Notes under the pieces: generated by a model
The model's input: the letters and a program-made list of their open reading frames with translations, nothing else
Told to the model about the DNA's origin: nothing
The model's database searches: none
Source: an uncultured cyanobacterium
Lineage (GTDB): Bacteria; Cyanobacteriota; Cyanobacteriia; Cyanobacteriales; CAWCAG01
Assembly: GCA_963793425.1 (NCBI GenBank)
Contig: CAWCAG010000001.1
Location: 1-64,000 of the forward strand
Reading direction: 5' to 3'
DNA: 64,000 bases
Part shown: positions 31,344 to 40,527 of the stretch, in pieces
Layout: every line of letters starts with the position of its first letter
Position numbering within the stretch: the stretch's first letter is position 1
Made by a program: the position numbers and the translations under genes

Positions 31344-32165
31344 GTGACTAGCTCAAGCAATTTACCTACCCAGAGTGATCCCCCTCTCCCCCCTTGGCAA
31401 ACTCTACCAACCATGTATGATTTACCAAGTGAATATGTAGGAGACTCTGGCTTGCCCGACGAATTTCATATTTGGCAAACTGAATTGCTAAAATTCACCT
31501 TTAAGCCCCAAAATTATCCCCAAGAGCGAGTTTTTACTGCCGTAGACCTCAATCTTTACTATGATGTTACCAACACTCTCTGGTATAAGCGACCTGATTG
31601 GTTTGCAGTAGTGGGTATACCCAGGCTCTATGAAGGTCACGATTTGCGCTTAAGTTATGTTATTTGGCAGGAGAGAGTCAGTCCTATGGTTGCAGTAGAA
31701 CTCTTATCTCCAGGGACAGAAGATGAGGATTTAGGTAGAACAGTTGCTCAAGCAGGAAAGCCCCCTACTAAGTGGCAAGTATATGAGCAAATTCTGCGTG
31801 TACCTTACTATTTCGTCTTTAGCCGTTATACTGACCAATTGCAAGCTTTCCATTTAGTGGGCGCTCATTATGAACCAATGTCAAGTATTGAGGGGCGTTG
31901 GTTGATTCCGGAGCTACATTTAAGTTTATCTTTATGGCAAGGCTCCTATGAAGGTGTTGAGCGTCTCTGGTTGCGCTGGATGAGTGCAGAAGGAGACTTG
32001 ATTCAGCTTAAGAGTGAAGAGGCTGTTGAGGCTAAGCAAGAGATTGCTGAGGCTAAGCAAGAGGCTACTGAGGCCAAGCAAGAGGCTACTGAAGCTAAAC
32101 AGAGGGCAGAACAGTTGGCTGCAAAACTGCGTGAGTTAGGAGTGAATCCAGAGGATTTAGATTAG
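31344..32165 (+). CDS. Uma2 family endonuclease with AKQEATE heptad tail
   Basis: LPTMYDLPSE, KRPDWF, VELLSPGT; same subfamily as 46810..47541. Confidence 0.9.
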   Translation: MTSSSNLPTQSDPPLPPWQTLPTMYDLPSEYVGDSGLPDEFHIWQTELLKFTFKPQNYPQERVFTAVDLNLYYDVTNTLWYKRPDWFAVVGIPRLYEGHDLRLSYVIWQERVSPMVAVELLSPGTEDEDLGRTVAQAGKPPTKWQVYEQILRVPYYFVFSRYTDQLQAFHLVGAHYEPMSSIEGRWLIPELHLSLSLWQGSYEGVERLWLRWMSAEGDLIQLKSEEAVEAKQEIAEAKQEATEAKQEATEAKQRAEQLAAKLRELGVNPEDLD

Positions 32166-32211
32166 GGGATAAAATTCTTTCTGATAGCGACAACAAAAAG
32201 AATCTCTACTG

Positions 32212-32658
32212 TTAATCTGAGGTATTACTCTCAGTTTTAGGTGAAATTAAAATTAAGGCTTGCTCAATAATAGTCTTTTGGTCAACCATTTTTTCTAAAG
32301 TAGCCGTATCGTAAATTCCTTCTGCTACTTCTAAAGAGGCACGATCAATGGCCATCGGATAAGCAACTTCCAGAATCTGGTATAACTCTTCTCCTTTTAG
32401 GTAATAACCTCCGGCTTTGCGACGTTTGTTCTTTTCCTGAATTTCCCTAGTGCTGTTGCGGATGGAGACATCCCAAGAACGGGTTGTACGGTTTTCGGCT
32501 TGTTGTTTAATTAAATGGAGGAGCAAGATTTTTGCGTAACTGCGAATATTATTGATTTTGTCATCACGACTCATTTCTTCGAGTTCTTCTACAATAACTA
32601 ATGCCCCAGAGATGTCGCCGTCTAACAATAAGCTTTTGAGTTCGAGGAGTTCTTCCAT
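32212..32658 (-). CDS. DUF29 family protein (duplicate)
   Basis: Near-identical to 27675..28121. Confidence 0.85.
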   Translation of the reverse strand: MEELLELKSLLLDGDISGALVIVEELEEMSRDDKINNIRSYAKILLLHLIKQQAENRTTRSWDVSIRNSTREIQEKNKRRKAGGYYLKGEELYQILEVAYPMAIDRASLEVAEGIYDTATLEKMVDQKTIIEQALILISPKTESNTSD

Positions 32659-32788
32659 AATTGATACCTCAGATTAGGTACTTCTTTATTTTAGGGGCAT
32701 TTAAACATCAGCTATCTAATCTAATGGATAATGATAGTGTTTAAAAGAAAAGGTTGTAGGAGAAGTAACAAGCTCAAGGAGATTAAGT

Positions 32789-33103
32789 ATGGCTACTAGC
32801 TTTCAAAATTGGAACCAAGTTGCGCCTTTACAGGTGAAATTTGCTCTCTCAGTTAAAAATATTCCTAAGTCAGTACAAGAAGTTGCTCTAGCTAGAGCAA
32901 AAGAAGCGTATATAATAGCTTTGTTAAAAGCTGGTGAGATTAGTAGCGGTAAAGCAGCAAGTTTGCTGAATATTCCTCGTACTGAGGTAATTGAATCTAT
33001 GGGCAAATGGGGAATTTCTTTATTTGACGATTCCTTAGAGCTTGAAGATTTAGCACGGGAAGTCAAGCAGGCAAATATCTCATTGGATGATGATTCTGCA
33101 TGA
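32789..33103 (+). CDS. UPF0175 family putative antitoxin (duplicate)
   Basis: Near-identical to 28252..28566. Confidence 0.85.
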   Translation: MATSFQNWNQVAPLQVKFALSVKNIPKSVQEVALARAKEAYIIALLKAGEISSGKAASLLNIPRTEVIESMGKWGISLFDDSLELEDLAREVKQANISLDDDSA

Positions 33104-33465
33104 TTGTTGTGTCTGATACTACTCCAATCAGTGAGCTAACAAAAGTAGGACATCTAAACTTGCTCCACGATCTGTTTGGACAAGTTGTGATCACAAAAGA
33201 GGTTTATTCTGAACTGACCACAGGTAATCATCCTGCCACAAGAATCGTACCACAAGTAAATTGGCTAGAAATTCGAGAAGTTGCTGATTCCCAGCAAATC
33301 AGAGTTTTGCAGTTACAATCTAATCTAGACTTGGGTGAGGTGTCTGCAATTCTCTTAGCAGAAGAACTTGAAGCTGACCAATTGTTGATAGACGAAAGAG
33401 CCGCACGACAAGTTGCTTTAGCACGCCAGTTACCTGTAAAAAGTACTCAAACAATCATGCAATGA
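33100..33465 (+). pseudogene. DUF3368 PIN toxin, 3'-truncated
   Basis: Matches 28563..29051 up to ...LPV, then unrelated sequence; about 49 C-terminal residues lost. Confidence 0.85.
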
Positions 33466-34682
33466 AAGCACGGTACAAATACAGATTCTATCCAACTATT
33501 GAGCAAAAGAACTTCCTTGCTCAACTGTTTGGCTGTACTCGTGTAGTGTGGAACGATGCACTAGCATTATGCAAAAGTATAGGCAAAGCAATCAACTACA
33601 ACAAACTATCTAGCCAATTAACCGAAGCTAAACAAACGGAAGATAGAAAATGGCTAAAGGATGTCTCCTCAGTCCCCTTACAACAATCATTGAAAAACCT
33701 AAGCCAAGCCTATAAGAATTTCTTTGACTCGGTGCAAGGAAAAAGAAAAGGTAAAAAACTCAGACCACCAAAATTCAAAAAACGGCATAACAAGCAAGCA
33801 GCTACCTTCACCAAAGCAGGATTCCAAGTCAAAGGGAGTAAAGTCTACCTAGCTAAAATAGGCGACATCTCACCTGTATGGTCTAGGGAGTTACCATCTG
33901 CCCCTAGTTCAGTAACAGTAATCAAAGACAGTGCCGAGAGATACTTTATAAGCTTTGTCGTAGAAATCAACCCAAAGAAACTACCAGACAACGGTAAATC
34001 AACAGGAATTGACTTGGGAATAACAGACTTTGCCACATTAAGTAATGGAGAGAAAATTAAAGCGCCAAAACCTCTCAAGGAAAAGCTCAAAAAATTAAGG
34101 AAGCTACAACGTAACTTAGCTAGAAAGACCAAAGGTAGCAAAAGGAGAGACAAAGCGAGGAAAAGAGTAGCTAAGCTTAACGCCAAAATCAAAGACACCA
34201 GAGGTGATTTTCTACACAAACTATCAACTAAGATAATTCGCGAAAACCAAACAATTGTCTTAGAAGACTTAAACGTATCGGGAATGATTAGAAACAGAAA
34301 ACTATCTCGTGCTATTAGCGATTTAGGTTGGTATAGTTTTAGGACTATGATTGAGGCCAAAGCGCTAATGTATGGAAGAGAGTTTAGGGTTATAGATAGA
34401 TGGGAACCTACCAGCCAAAAATGCTCTAATTGTGGGTTCAAGGGTGGCAAAAAGGAACTATCTGTCAGGGAGTGGACTTGCTTAAACTGCGGTGCAGTAC
34501 ATGATAGAGATGTCAATGCTGCTGTAAATATCTTAGTCGCGGGGGGACACCCTGAGACTTTAAACGAACGTGGAGGGAGGCATAAGACTACCAAGCTAGC
34601 AGCACCCGTAGAAGCGTTAACCATCCAGTTAGAATTGTTCTAGTTGGAATCCCCGTACCTTCTAGGTCGGGGAGGATGTCAA
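33440..34682 (+). mobile_element. IS200/IS605-family tnpB element lacking a recognisable left end
   Basis: Right end GGAATCCCCG..CGGGGAGGATGTCAA at 34646-34682; only 22 bp between the PIN junction and the tnpB ATG. Confidence 0.85.
33462..34643 (+). CDS. tnpB: TnpB RNA-guided endonuclease (intact ORF)
   Basis: HTH N-terminus, RuvC residues GIDLG / LEDL / DRDVNAA, CxxC..CxxC zinc finger. Confidence 0.95.
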   Translation: MKARYKYRFYPTIEQKNFLAQLFGCTRVVWNDALALCKSIGKAINYNKLSSQLTEAKQTEDRKWLKDVSSVPLQQSLKNLSQAYKNFFDSVQGKRKGKKLRPPKFKKRHNKQAATFTKAGFQVKGSKVYLAKIGDISPVWSRELPSAPSSVTVIKDSAERYFISFVVEINPKKLPDNGKSTGIDLGITDFATLSNGEKIKAPKPLKEKLKKLRKLQRNLARKTKGSKRRDKARKRVAKLNAKIKDTRGDFLHKLSTKIIRENQTIVLEDLNVSGMIRNRKLSRAISDLGWYSFRTMIEAKALMYGREFRVIDRWEPTSQKCSNCGFKGGKKELSVREWTCLNCGAVHDRDVNAAVNILVAGGHPETLNERGGRHKTTKLAAPVEALTIQLELF

Positions 34683-35653
34683 TTTGTTACCGAGTGCAGA
34701 GTTTCTGCCAGACCTTGATCTACTGTATAGAGAGGTTGCCAGTTTAGGGTTGTACGAATGTGGCTATTATCAACGACTAAAGAACCCAATAGGCGATCAA
34801 TGGTAGGGGAGTTTATTGGTAATGGTCTTTTCAGGATAGGTTCTAATTTATCTCCTAGTTTACCGGAGATTCTGAGGAGATTAGGAGGGATTGGTAGTAG
34901 GTGAGAGGGGAGTTGTAAATGATGGGAGATTTTTTTTATTAGTTCTAGTGTGGAGAGGTTTTCACCATCGCTGACTATGAAGGTTTGATTCCTGGCATGG
35001 GGATGAGAGAGGCAGGTGATGATTGCATCTACTAGATTACCAACGTAGAGGAAGCTACGGCTATTTTTTACTGCGCCAAAGGGGAGGGGTAAGCCTAGTT
35101 TTATGAGTTGGATGAGGCGTGCCATGTTGCCTGGGTTGCCTGGGCCATATACTAAGGTGGGGCGGAGTATTGTCCAAGTCATGTTGCTATTGCTAGCTAG
35201 GTTAATCAGGGCTTGTTCGGCTTGGAGTTTGCTTTTGCCGTAGGGAGTGTCAGGGTTGCAGGGGGAGTTTTCGTTGAGGGTTTGTGGGCTTAGGGTAGCC
35301 ATTGCACCGATAGAACTGATGAAGATGAAGTGTTTTACTCCTGCGGCGATTGATTGTTTGACTAGGTTGGCTGTACCTTGGGTGTTGACTTTGTGGAATT
35401 CTTGTTCGGGGTTGGGGGTGTCGTCTTGTAGGATGTGGGCGCGGGCTGCTAGATGGATTACTGTGTCGATGTTTGTTAGGGCTTCTTGCCATTGAGTTGA
35501 ACCGTTAATGTTGCCTACATTTGTGGTGGGTACTTCAAGCTCATTTGTCTGATTACGAATAGCTGCTCTTACGGAGTAATCTTGTTGTAGAAGCGATGGT
35601 ATAAGGTTGCTGGCGATAAATCCTGTTGAACCAGTGACTAAAGCAGATTTCAT
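34679..35653 (-). CDS. NAD-dependent epimerase/dehydratase (UDP-sugar 4-epimerase/reductase type)
   Basis: TGSTGFIA, HLAARAH, YGKSK, LRPTLVYG. Confidence 0.92.
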   Translation of the reverse strand: MKSALVTGSTGFIASNLIPSLLQQDYSVRAAIRNQTNELEVPTTNVGNINGSTQWQEALTNIDTVIHLAARAHILQDDTPNPEQEFHKVNTQGTANLVKQSIAAGVKHFIFISSIGAMATLSPQTLNENSPCNPDTPYGKSKLQAEQALINLASNSNMTWTILRPTLVYGPGNPGNMARLIQLIKLGLPLPFGAVKNSRSFLYVGNLVDAIITCLSHPHARNQTFIVSDGENLSTLELIKKISHHLQLPSHLLPIPPNLLRISGKLGDKLEPILKRPLPINSPTIDRLLGSLVVDNSHIRTTLNWQPLYTVDQGLAETLHSVTN

Positions 35654-35841
35654 CTAGTTTGCTTTCCAATTAAAGTCTTCACGAAGCCTGCTCTGTGGTA
35701 AGCTAAGTGGGCGAATACTAAGCTCACAGTAGCAATAATAATTTCTTTTTGTACTTTAACCAATTAAAGGAATAATTTAAAATCGTGAGACATCGGCTCT
35801 AATTGTCTAGCATCCGTCCAGTAGATAATCTGAGAGAAAAC

Positions 35842-37164
35842 ATGGAGAATAAAAAGAAAATTGCCATTTTAGGTGGAGGGGTCACCGGAGTTGTTTTAGC
35901 TGGTGAGCTATCTACTAGCCCTTCTTTTGAAGTGGAGTTAATAGAAAAAGCCCCAGTTTTAGGAGGTCTTCACCGTAACTTCACTACGGATAACCTAAAT
36001 TATGATATTGGAGCTTTTGTACTTCCTATAGATCATAGCCTGTTCACAACCTTCCCTAGTCTCAAAGATTTGTGTTTACAAATCAAGAATCGGATGGGTT
36101 CTTTAACTCCAGGAGGAAGTGTAGATAAATATCCCTGTACTCTGAAAGGCTATATCCAAGATAACGGTTTGGTTAACTTTGTTTATGCTTGTTTAGATTT
36201 AGCTTACTGTAAACTTAGATACTGGAACCAAGAAAGTGTACCAGCCTTCGTTAAGTATTACATCGGAACAAACGTTTACCAAAAAAGCGGGCTGAAAAGT
36301 TACATAGAGCGTCTTTATGGAATTAAGGATGAAGAAATAGACCTTGAATTTGCTACAAAAAGGTTAGGGGAGATTGGCAAAGCTGCTTCGTTAAGAGCGA
36401 TCGCTTCTAAACTATTCCAGGGTGGAAATACTGCTTTAGTAGAGCCTCCAACTATGAAGGAAGTTGTGGTAAGACCACCAGAAGGTTTTCAGAAAATATA
36501 TGAGGCGGCTAAAGAGGTTTTGTTGTCTCAAGGAGTAAAAGTTTCGACTAACTGCGAAATGAAAGCAATTACTCGTGAAGGTGATGGCTTTGAGATAGAG
36601 TTTTCCGAAGGCAAGAGATATTATGACAGAGTGGTTTCTACTATTCCGATTGCAGCAATATCTCGGTTAATTGGTAAACCTCTAGAAAAAGACTTGGAGT
36701 ATAGGAAGTTGTTGTCTCTTTTCTATCGGTTTAACGGGGAGTTGGGATATGGTGATAATATTCTTCACAACTTTACTACTCAAGAAGCATGGAAGAGAAT
36801 TACAACTTTCTCCAAGTACTATGGAACCCATGAAGGAGATGACTATTTTGTCGTCGAGATTACTTTAGATAAGGATACTCAACCAGATATTTCTCAACAA
36901 CAAGAGGATTTTGAAAGTCACGTTCAGAGTTTGGGTTTGTTTAAAGGGAAACTAAAGTATCAAGGTAGTTTGGTGATACCCAATGCTTATCCAGTTTATC
37001 GGCGCGATCGCCTTAATGAGGTGATAGAAGCGAAACAAAGTTTGCAGGAATGGGGACTGGATTTGGCAGGTCGCCAAGGAGATTTTGACTACATTTCTTC
37101 CTATGATGCTGCTGCTAATGCTAGAAGTCTCGCTGAGAAAATCAGGGCAGATTATTGCAGCTAG
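35842..37164 (+). CDS. FAD-dependent oxidoreductase (UDP-galactopyranose mutase/protoporphyrinogen oxidase-like fold)
   Basis: ILGGGVTG..IEK...LGG Rossmann motif; AYPVY and GRQGDFDY C-terminal motifs. Confidence 0.75.
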   Translation: MENKKKIAILGGGVTGVVLAGELSTSPSFEVELIEKAPVLGGLHRNFTTDNLNYDIGAFVLPIDHSLFTTFPSLKDLCLQIKNRMGSLTPGGSVDKYPCTLKGYIQDNGLVNFVYACLDLAYCKLRYWNQESVPAFVKYYIGTNVYQKSGLKSYIERLYGIKDEEIDLEFATKRLGEIGKAASLRAIASKLFQGGNTALVEPPTMKEVVVRPPEGFQKIYEAAKEVLLSQGVKVSTNCEMKAITREGDGFEIEFSEGKRYYDRVVSTIPIAAISRLIGKPLEKDLEYRKLLSLFYRFNGELGYGDNILHNFTTQEAWKRITTFSKYYGTHEGDDYFVVEITLDKDTQPDISQQQEDFESHVQSLGLFKGKLKYQGSLVIPNAYPVYRRDRLNEVIEAKQSLQEWGLDLAGRQGDFDYISSYDAAANARSLAEKIRADYCS

Positions 37165-37188
37165 ATATTGGGAGATATTAGGTGTAGC

Positions 37189-38352
37189 ATGAGCGGCATT
37201 GTTCATATAATTACGGCTTTAGAAAGGGGAGGGGCGCAGCGCAATACCCTGGAAACTGTAGCACAGCTACATTGCCCTGAAAGACCGCAATGGCTGATTG
37301 TTGGTAGTTTGGGTGATGCTAATTTAATAGAGGAAGCGAAAGAGCGCCTTGGTGAAAGGCTGATTGTTATTCCTACTTTAAACCGTCCCATCAAACCTTG
37401 GCAAGATGGACGTGCTTTTCTGGACTTGTACCAATGTTTACAGCAATTACGTAACTCCTTGGGAGAGCCTCTTGTGGTTCACACTCATAGCAGTAAAGCA
37501 GGAGTCTTGGGTAGATTAGCGGCTCGTGCTGTAGGTAATTGTCATATCGTTCATACTGTGCATGGTTTCGGATTTGGAGTTGCTACTTCCTATTCCCAAT
37601 GGCTGCTAAAAACCGCAGAGCGTATTGCGGGGAAAGTAACAGATGTGCTTATTTTTGTTAGTGAGGCTGATCGGGATTTTGCTCAACAACTCAAGTTAGC
37701 CCCGCAAGCAGTCTATAAAGTAATTCGCTCTGGTATTGATCCTGCTCCTTTTGCAGCTATGAGGGGAGATTTAGTAATGCGTAATAAGGCTCGTCGTCAG
37801 TGGAATATTCCTGAAGATGTTCCATTGGTGGTAACTGTTGCTAACTGCAAGCCCCAAAAAGATCCTTTGTTTCATATTGAAGTATTTAGGGAGTTTTTGA
37901 AGCTTGAGCCAGAAGCTTGGTTTCTTTTTGTAGGGGATGGGGTTTTGAAACCTGCTTTAGTAAGTCGTATTGCAGAGCTAGGACTGACTGAAAAAGTTGT
38001 CTTACCTGGGTTTATCCCTGACTCCAGGTTAGCTTTGGCAGCAGGTGATGTCTTTTTGTTAGCTAGTCGTTGGGAGGGACTGCCTCGCTCTGTATTAGAA
38101 GCAGTTACTAGTGGTTTGCCTGTTGTGGTAAAAAACTCTGGTTGGGTAAGAGATATTGCTTGGGCTGGAAATATCATTCATACTTTAGATACAAATTCTT
38201 CCTCTACAGCTTTTGCTGAAGTACTTGGAAAGACTCTTACTAAAAAAGGAATAGATTTTCATACTACTTGTAGTGACTTGCCGGAAGAGTTTAATCTTTC
38301 TGGTATGCTATGTAAACTAGAAAATGTCTATAAAAGGCTTTTGCCATCCTAG
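37189..38352 (+). CDS. GT4 glycosyltransferase
   Basis: GGAQR, HTHSSKAG, HTVHG, EGLPRSVLEA. Confidence 0.9.
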   Translation: MSGIVHIITALERGGAQRNTLETVAQLHCPERPQWLIVGSLGDANLIEEAKERLGERLIVIPTLNRPIKPWQDGRAFLDLYQCLQQLRNSLGEPLVVHTHSSKAGVLGRLAARAVGNCHIVHTVHGFGFGVATSYSQWLLKTAERIAGKVTDVLIFVSEADRDFAQQLKLAPQAVYKVIRSGIDPAPFAAMRGDLVMRNKARRQWNIPEDVPLVVTVANCKPQKDPLFHIEVFREFLKLEPEAWFLFVGDGVLKPALVSRIAELGLTEKVVLPGFIPDSRLALAAGDVFLLASRWEGLPRSVLEAVTSGLPVVVKNSGWVRDIAWAGNIIHTLDTNSSSTAFAEVLGKTLTKKGIDFHTTCSDLPEEFNLSGMLCKLENVYKRLLPS

Positions 38353-38404
38353 CTATTAGGAAACTTTCAAGAAGTTTAAAGACACAACAAGTTTCTTAAA
38401 TTGA

Positions 38405-39325
38405 TTAAAGAGGTATTCGTTTGTAGCCGTATTTCTTTAGTAAAGGTAGCGTTAGTAAAGATAGAAGTTTTATCTTTATGGGTGATTTTGTCTTCCATTC
38501 CTCATCTTTGTTGAGATGTATCGATCCTTTTCTACGCATACGATTACCGGCAACTCCGTGACCAGGATTGAAGTCTGCATTAGCTTCTACAAGGTCAACT
38601 AAGTCTTTGGTATCAATCTTAATAAAGTTTTCAATTCTTGAAATTTGACTGCTAGGGTCAGAAACAATATCTTCATACCTTAAAAACAATAAATCAGAGA
38701 GATTTATTTCGGATTTCATTCTCTCAATATAACTATTAACTACAACCCAACCAATCAGTCCTCTGACAACACCACCGAATATCTTTGCTGGTGAACCTGC
38801 CTCAAGTCGGCGGTTAGAGCCTCTATTTATTGACCACATAACGGCTCTTGGATCACGAACTAAATGGATTATTTTGATATTGAAAGAACTACTTTGCATT
38901 AGAAGTAAAACTCTGTTGAAGGTCTCTCTTGAGGTTTTAGAAGAATCCACAATTATTCTCTTATCGCTTACTTCAATAATGGACTGAAGTGTAATTTGCC
39001 AGAGTTTTTCGTAGCTAACCGGGTGTCTAAATGGAAAATGTAATTTTTCTGTGCTTCTAGTTAAGTAAGCAGCATCATTAGCATTCATATCAGGAAACGC
39101 AGTGTATACTTTACCTAAAACTTGAGACCAGAAATTACAATCTTGATACCGTTTTCCACAGGAGCAATTCGAGTTTTCTGCTACTTGTCTAAAAAGAAAA
39201 GATAATTCACCTGCTCCAAAGATCGCCTCATGATTGTTGAGTATAGTATCTACCAAAGTAGAGCCGCTACGACCATAACCTACTACATAAACTATTGTTG
39301 GTTTGATATTATCTGAATCTACCAT
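38405..39325 (-). CDS. Sulfotransferase
   Basis: GYGRSGSTL 5'-PSB loop, VDSSK, LVRDPRAV, RYED. Confidence 0.9.
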   Translation of the reverse strand: MVDSDNIKPTIVYVVGYGRSGSTLVDTILNNHEAIFGAGELSFLFRQVAENSNCSCGKRYQDCNFWSQVLGKVYTAFPDMNANDAAYLTRSTEKLHFPFRHPVSYEKLWQITLQSIIEVSDKRIIVDSSKTSRETFNRVLLLMQSSSFNIKIIHLVRDPRAVMWSINRGSNRRLEAGSPAKIFGGVVRGLIGWVVVNSYIERMKSEINLSDLLFLRYEDIVSDPSSQISRIENFIKIDTKDLVDLVEANADFNPGHGVAGNRMRRKGSIHLNKDEEWKTKSPIKIKLLSLLTLPLLKKYGYKRIPL

Positions 39326-39354
39326 ATTTATTCATGTTTTTTTATTATATGTTG

Positions 39355-40527
39355 TCAAAGATTTTCTATAGATTGATTAGAATTACAAAGTTTTTTATAT
39401 AGTTTACTATAGCTTTTGTGCATCCGCATGAGAGAAAAGTTTTGTTCAACAACTGCTCTGTTTTGTTGTCCTAGCTTTTCTAGTGTCCCTTTTGGTTCTA
39501 AACTCAGTTCTCTAATCGCTGTTGCCCATTCAGAAATATTCAGATCAAGTACTTTCACCCCATTTTTACTATGTTTAGCGATTTCCTGATATGGACTTAT
39601 TTTTGACAAAATTACGGGAAGTTTCAATGCCATTGCTTCTAGCACCGCATTGCCAAGTCCTTCCCAAATGGAGCTTGAGATGTAGATATCTGAGTTGAAA
39701 ACTTCTTTATATACGTCTTCGCGTTTAAGAAGACCAGTGAAAAAAACTCGATTGCTGAGATTTAGTTTTTCTGCTTCACTTTGCAAGCTCATCAGTAGAG
39801 GTCCATCACCCACTAGGGTCAGAGTAAAATGGTGCGGTAATTGCGTAAGGACTTCTAATAGAAACGATAAATTTTTCTGTTTGACGGCTCTATTCACAGA
39901 GACCAGTTTAAACTGTCTATTATCACTATTAGTAATGGAAAAAGATTCTTTTGCCACAGAGTCTATTGCATTGATATCTATGCCGTTATAAATCACAGAA
40001 GATTTGCTTTTTATAATTTGTCTAATTCTATATGGCGTTGCTTTGTAACTTGAGTAACTATTAAAACCAACTATATGACTCAAGAGAATATTTAACACCG
40101 TTCCTATTTTGTTAAGTGAACTATATCTATTATAAACATTGTGAACAGTGTATAGTTTCGGGATATCAAATCTACTTCTTAACAGAAGTAGCAGAGACAG
40201 AAACTGAAATATACAAGCTATTTTTGGATGATGTAAGTGGCACAATAAAGGTTGTTTTCGCTCAATAGTATCTTCAATAAGACGAAATATATTTTGGTAA
40301 AATATTCTTAATTTTTTATTGCACTCAACTAAACTGATGTTATATGCAGCTAACCGAGACTCATAGAGGTATTTAATCTCCTTAGCTATAGGAAAAAACA
40401 CAATCACAAAGTGCTTTTCTTCTGGATATATCTTAGCTCTATACAAGACAAATTCATTAAGAGGCATACTAGTCGGATCGATATCGTTAACTATATTAAT
40501 AACTACTCGTGATTGCTTTTTGGACAT
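39355..40527 (-). CDS. GT4 glycosyltransferase
   Basis: IYNGID, QKN, GDGP, EGLGNAVLEAMA. Confidence 0.9.
   Translation of the reverse strand: MSKKQSRVVINIVNDIDPTSMPLNEFVLYRAKIYPEEKHFVIVFFPIAKEIKYLYESRLAAYNISLVECNKKLRIFYQNIFRLIEDTIERKQPLLCHLHHPKIACIFQFLSLLLLLRSRFDIPKLYTVHNVYNRYSSLNKIGTVLNILLSHIVGFNSYSSYKATPYRIRQIIKSKSSVIYNGIDINAIDSVAKESFSITNSDNRQFKLVSVNRAVKQKNLSFLLEVLTQLPHHFTLTLVGDGPLLMSLQSEAEKLNLSNRVFFTGLLKREDVYKEVFNSDIYISSSIWEGLGNAVLEAMALKLPVILSKISPYQEIAKHSKNGVKVLDLNISEWATAIRELSLEPKGTLEKLGQQNRAVVEQNFSLMRMHKSYSKLYKKLCNSNQSIENL

Larger units (their letters stand above)
32189..33439. repeat. 1.25-kb direct repeat, copy 2
   Basis: Near-identical to 27652..28902; ends abruptly at the tnpB junction. 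Confidence 0.95.

Noticed and set aside
33845..34624. 259-aa antisense ORF, and other shadow ORFs (e.g. 9888-10274, 12160-12534, 28691-29098)
   Set aside because: They lie opposite well-supported genes and have no recognisable motifs.
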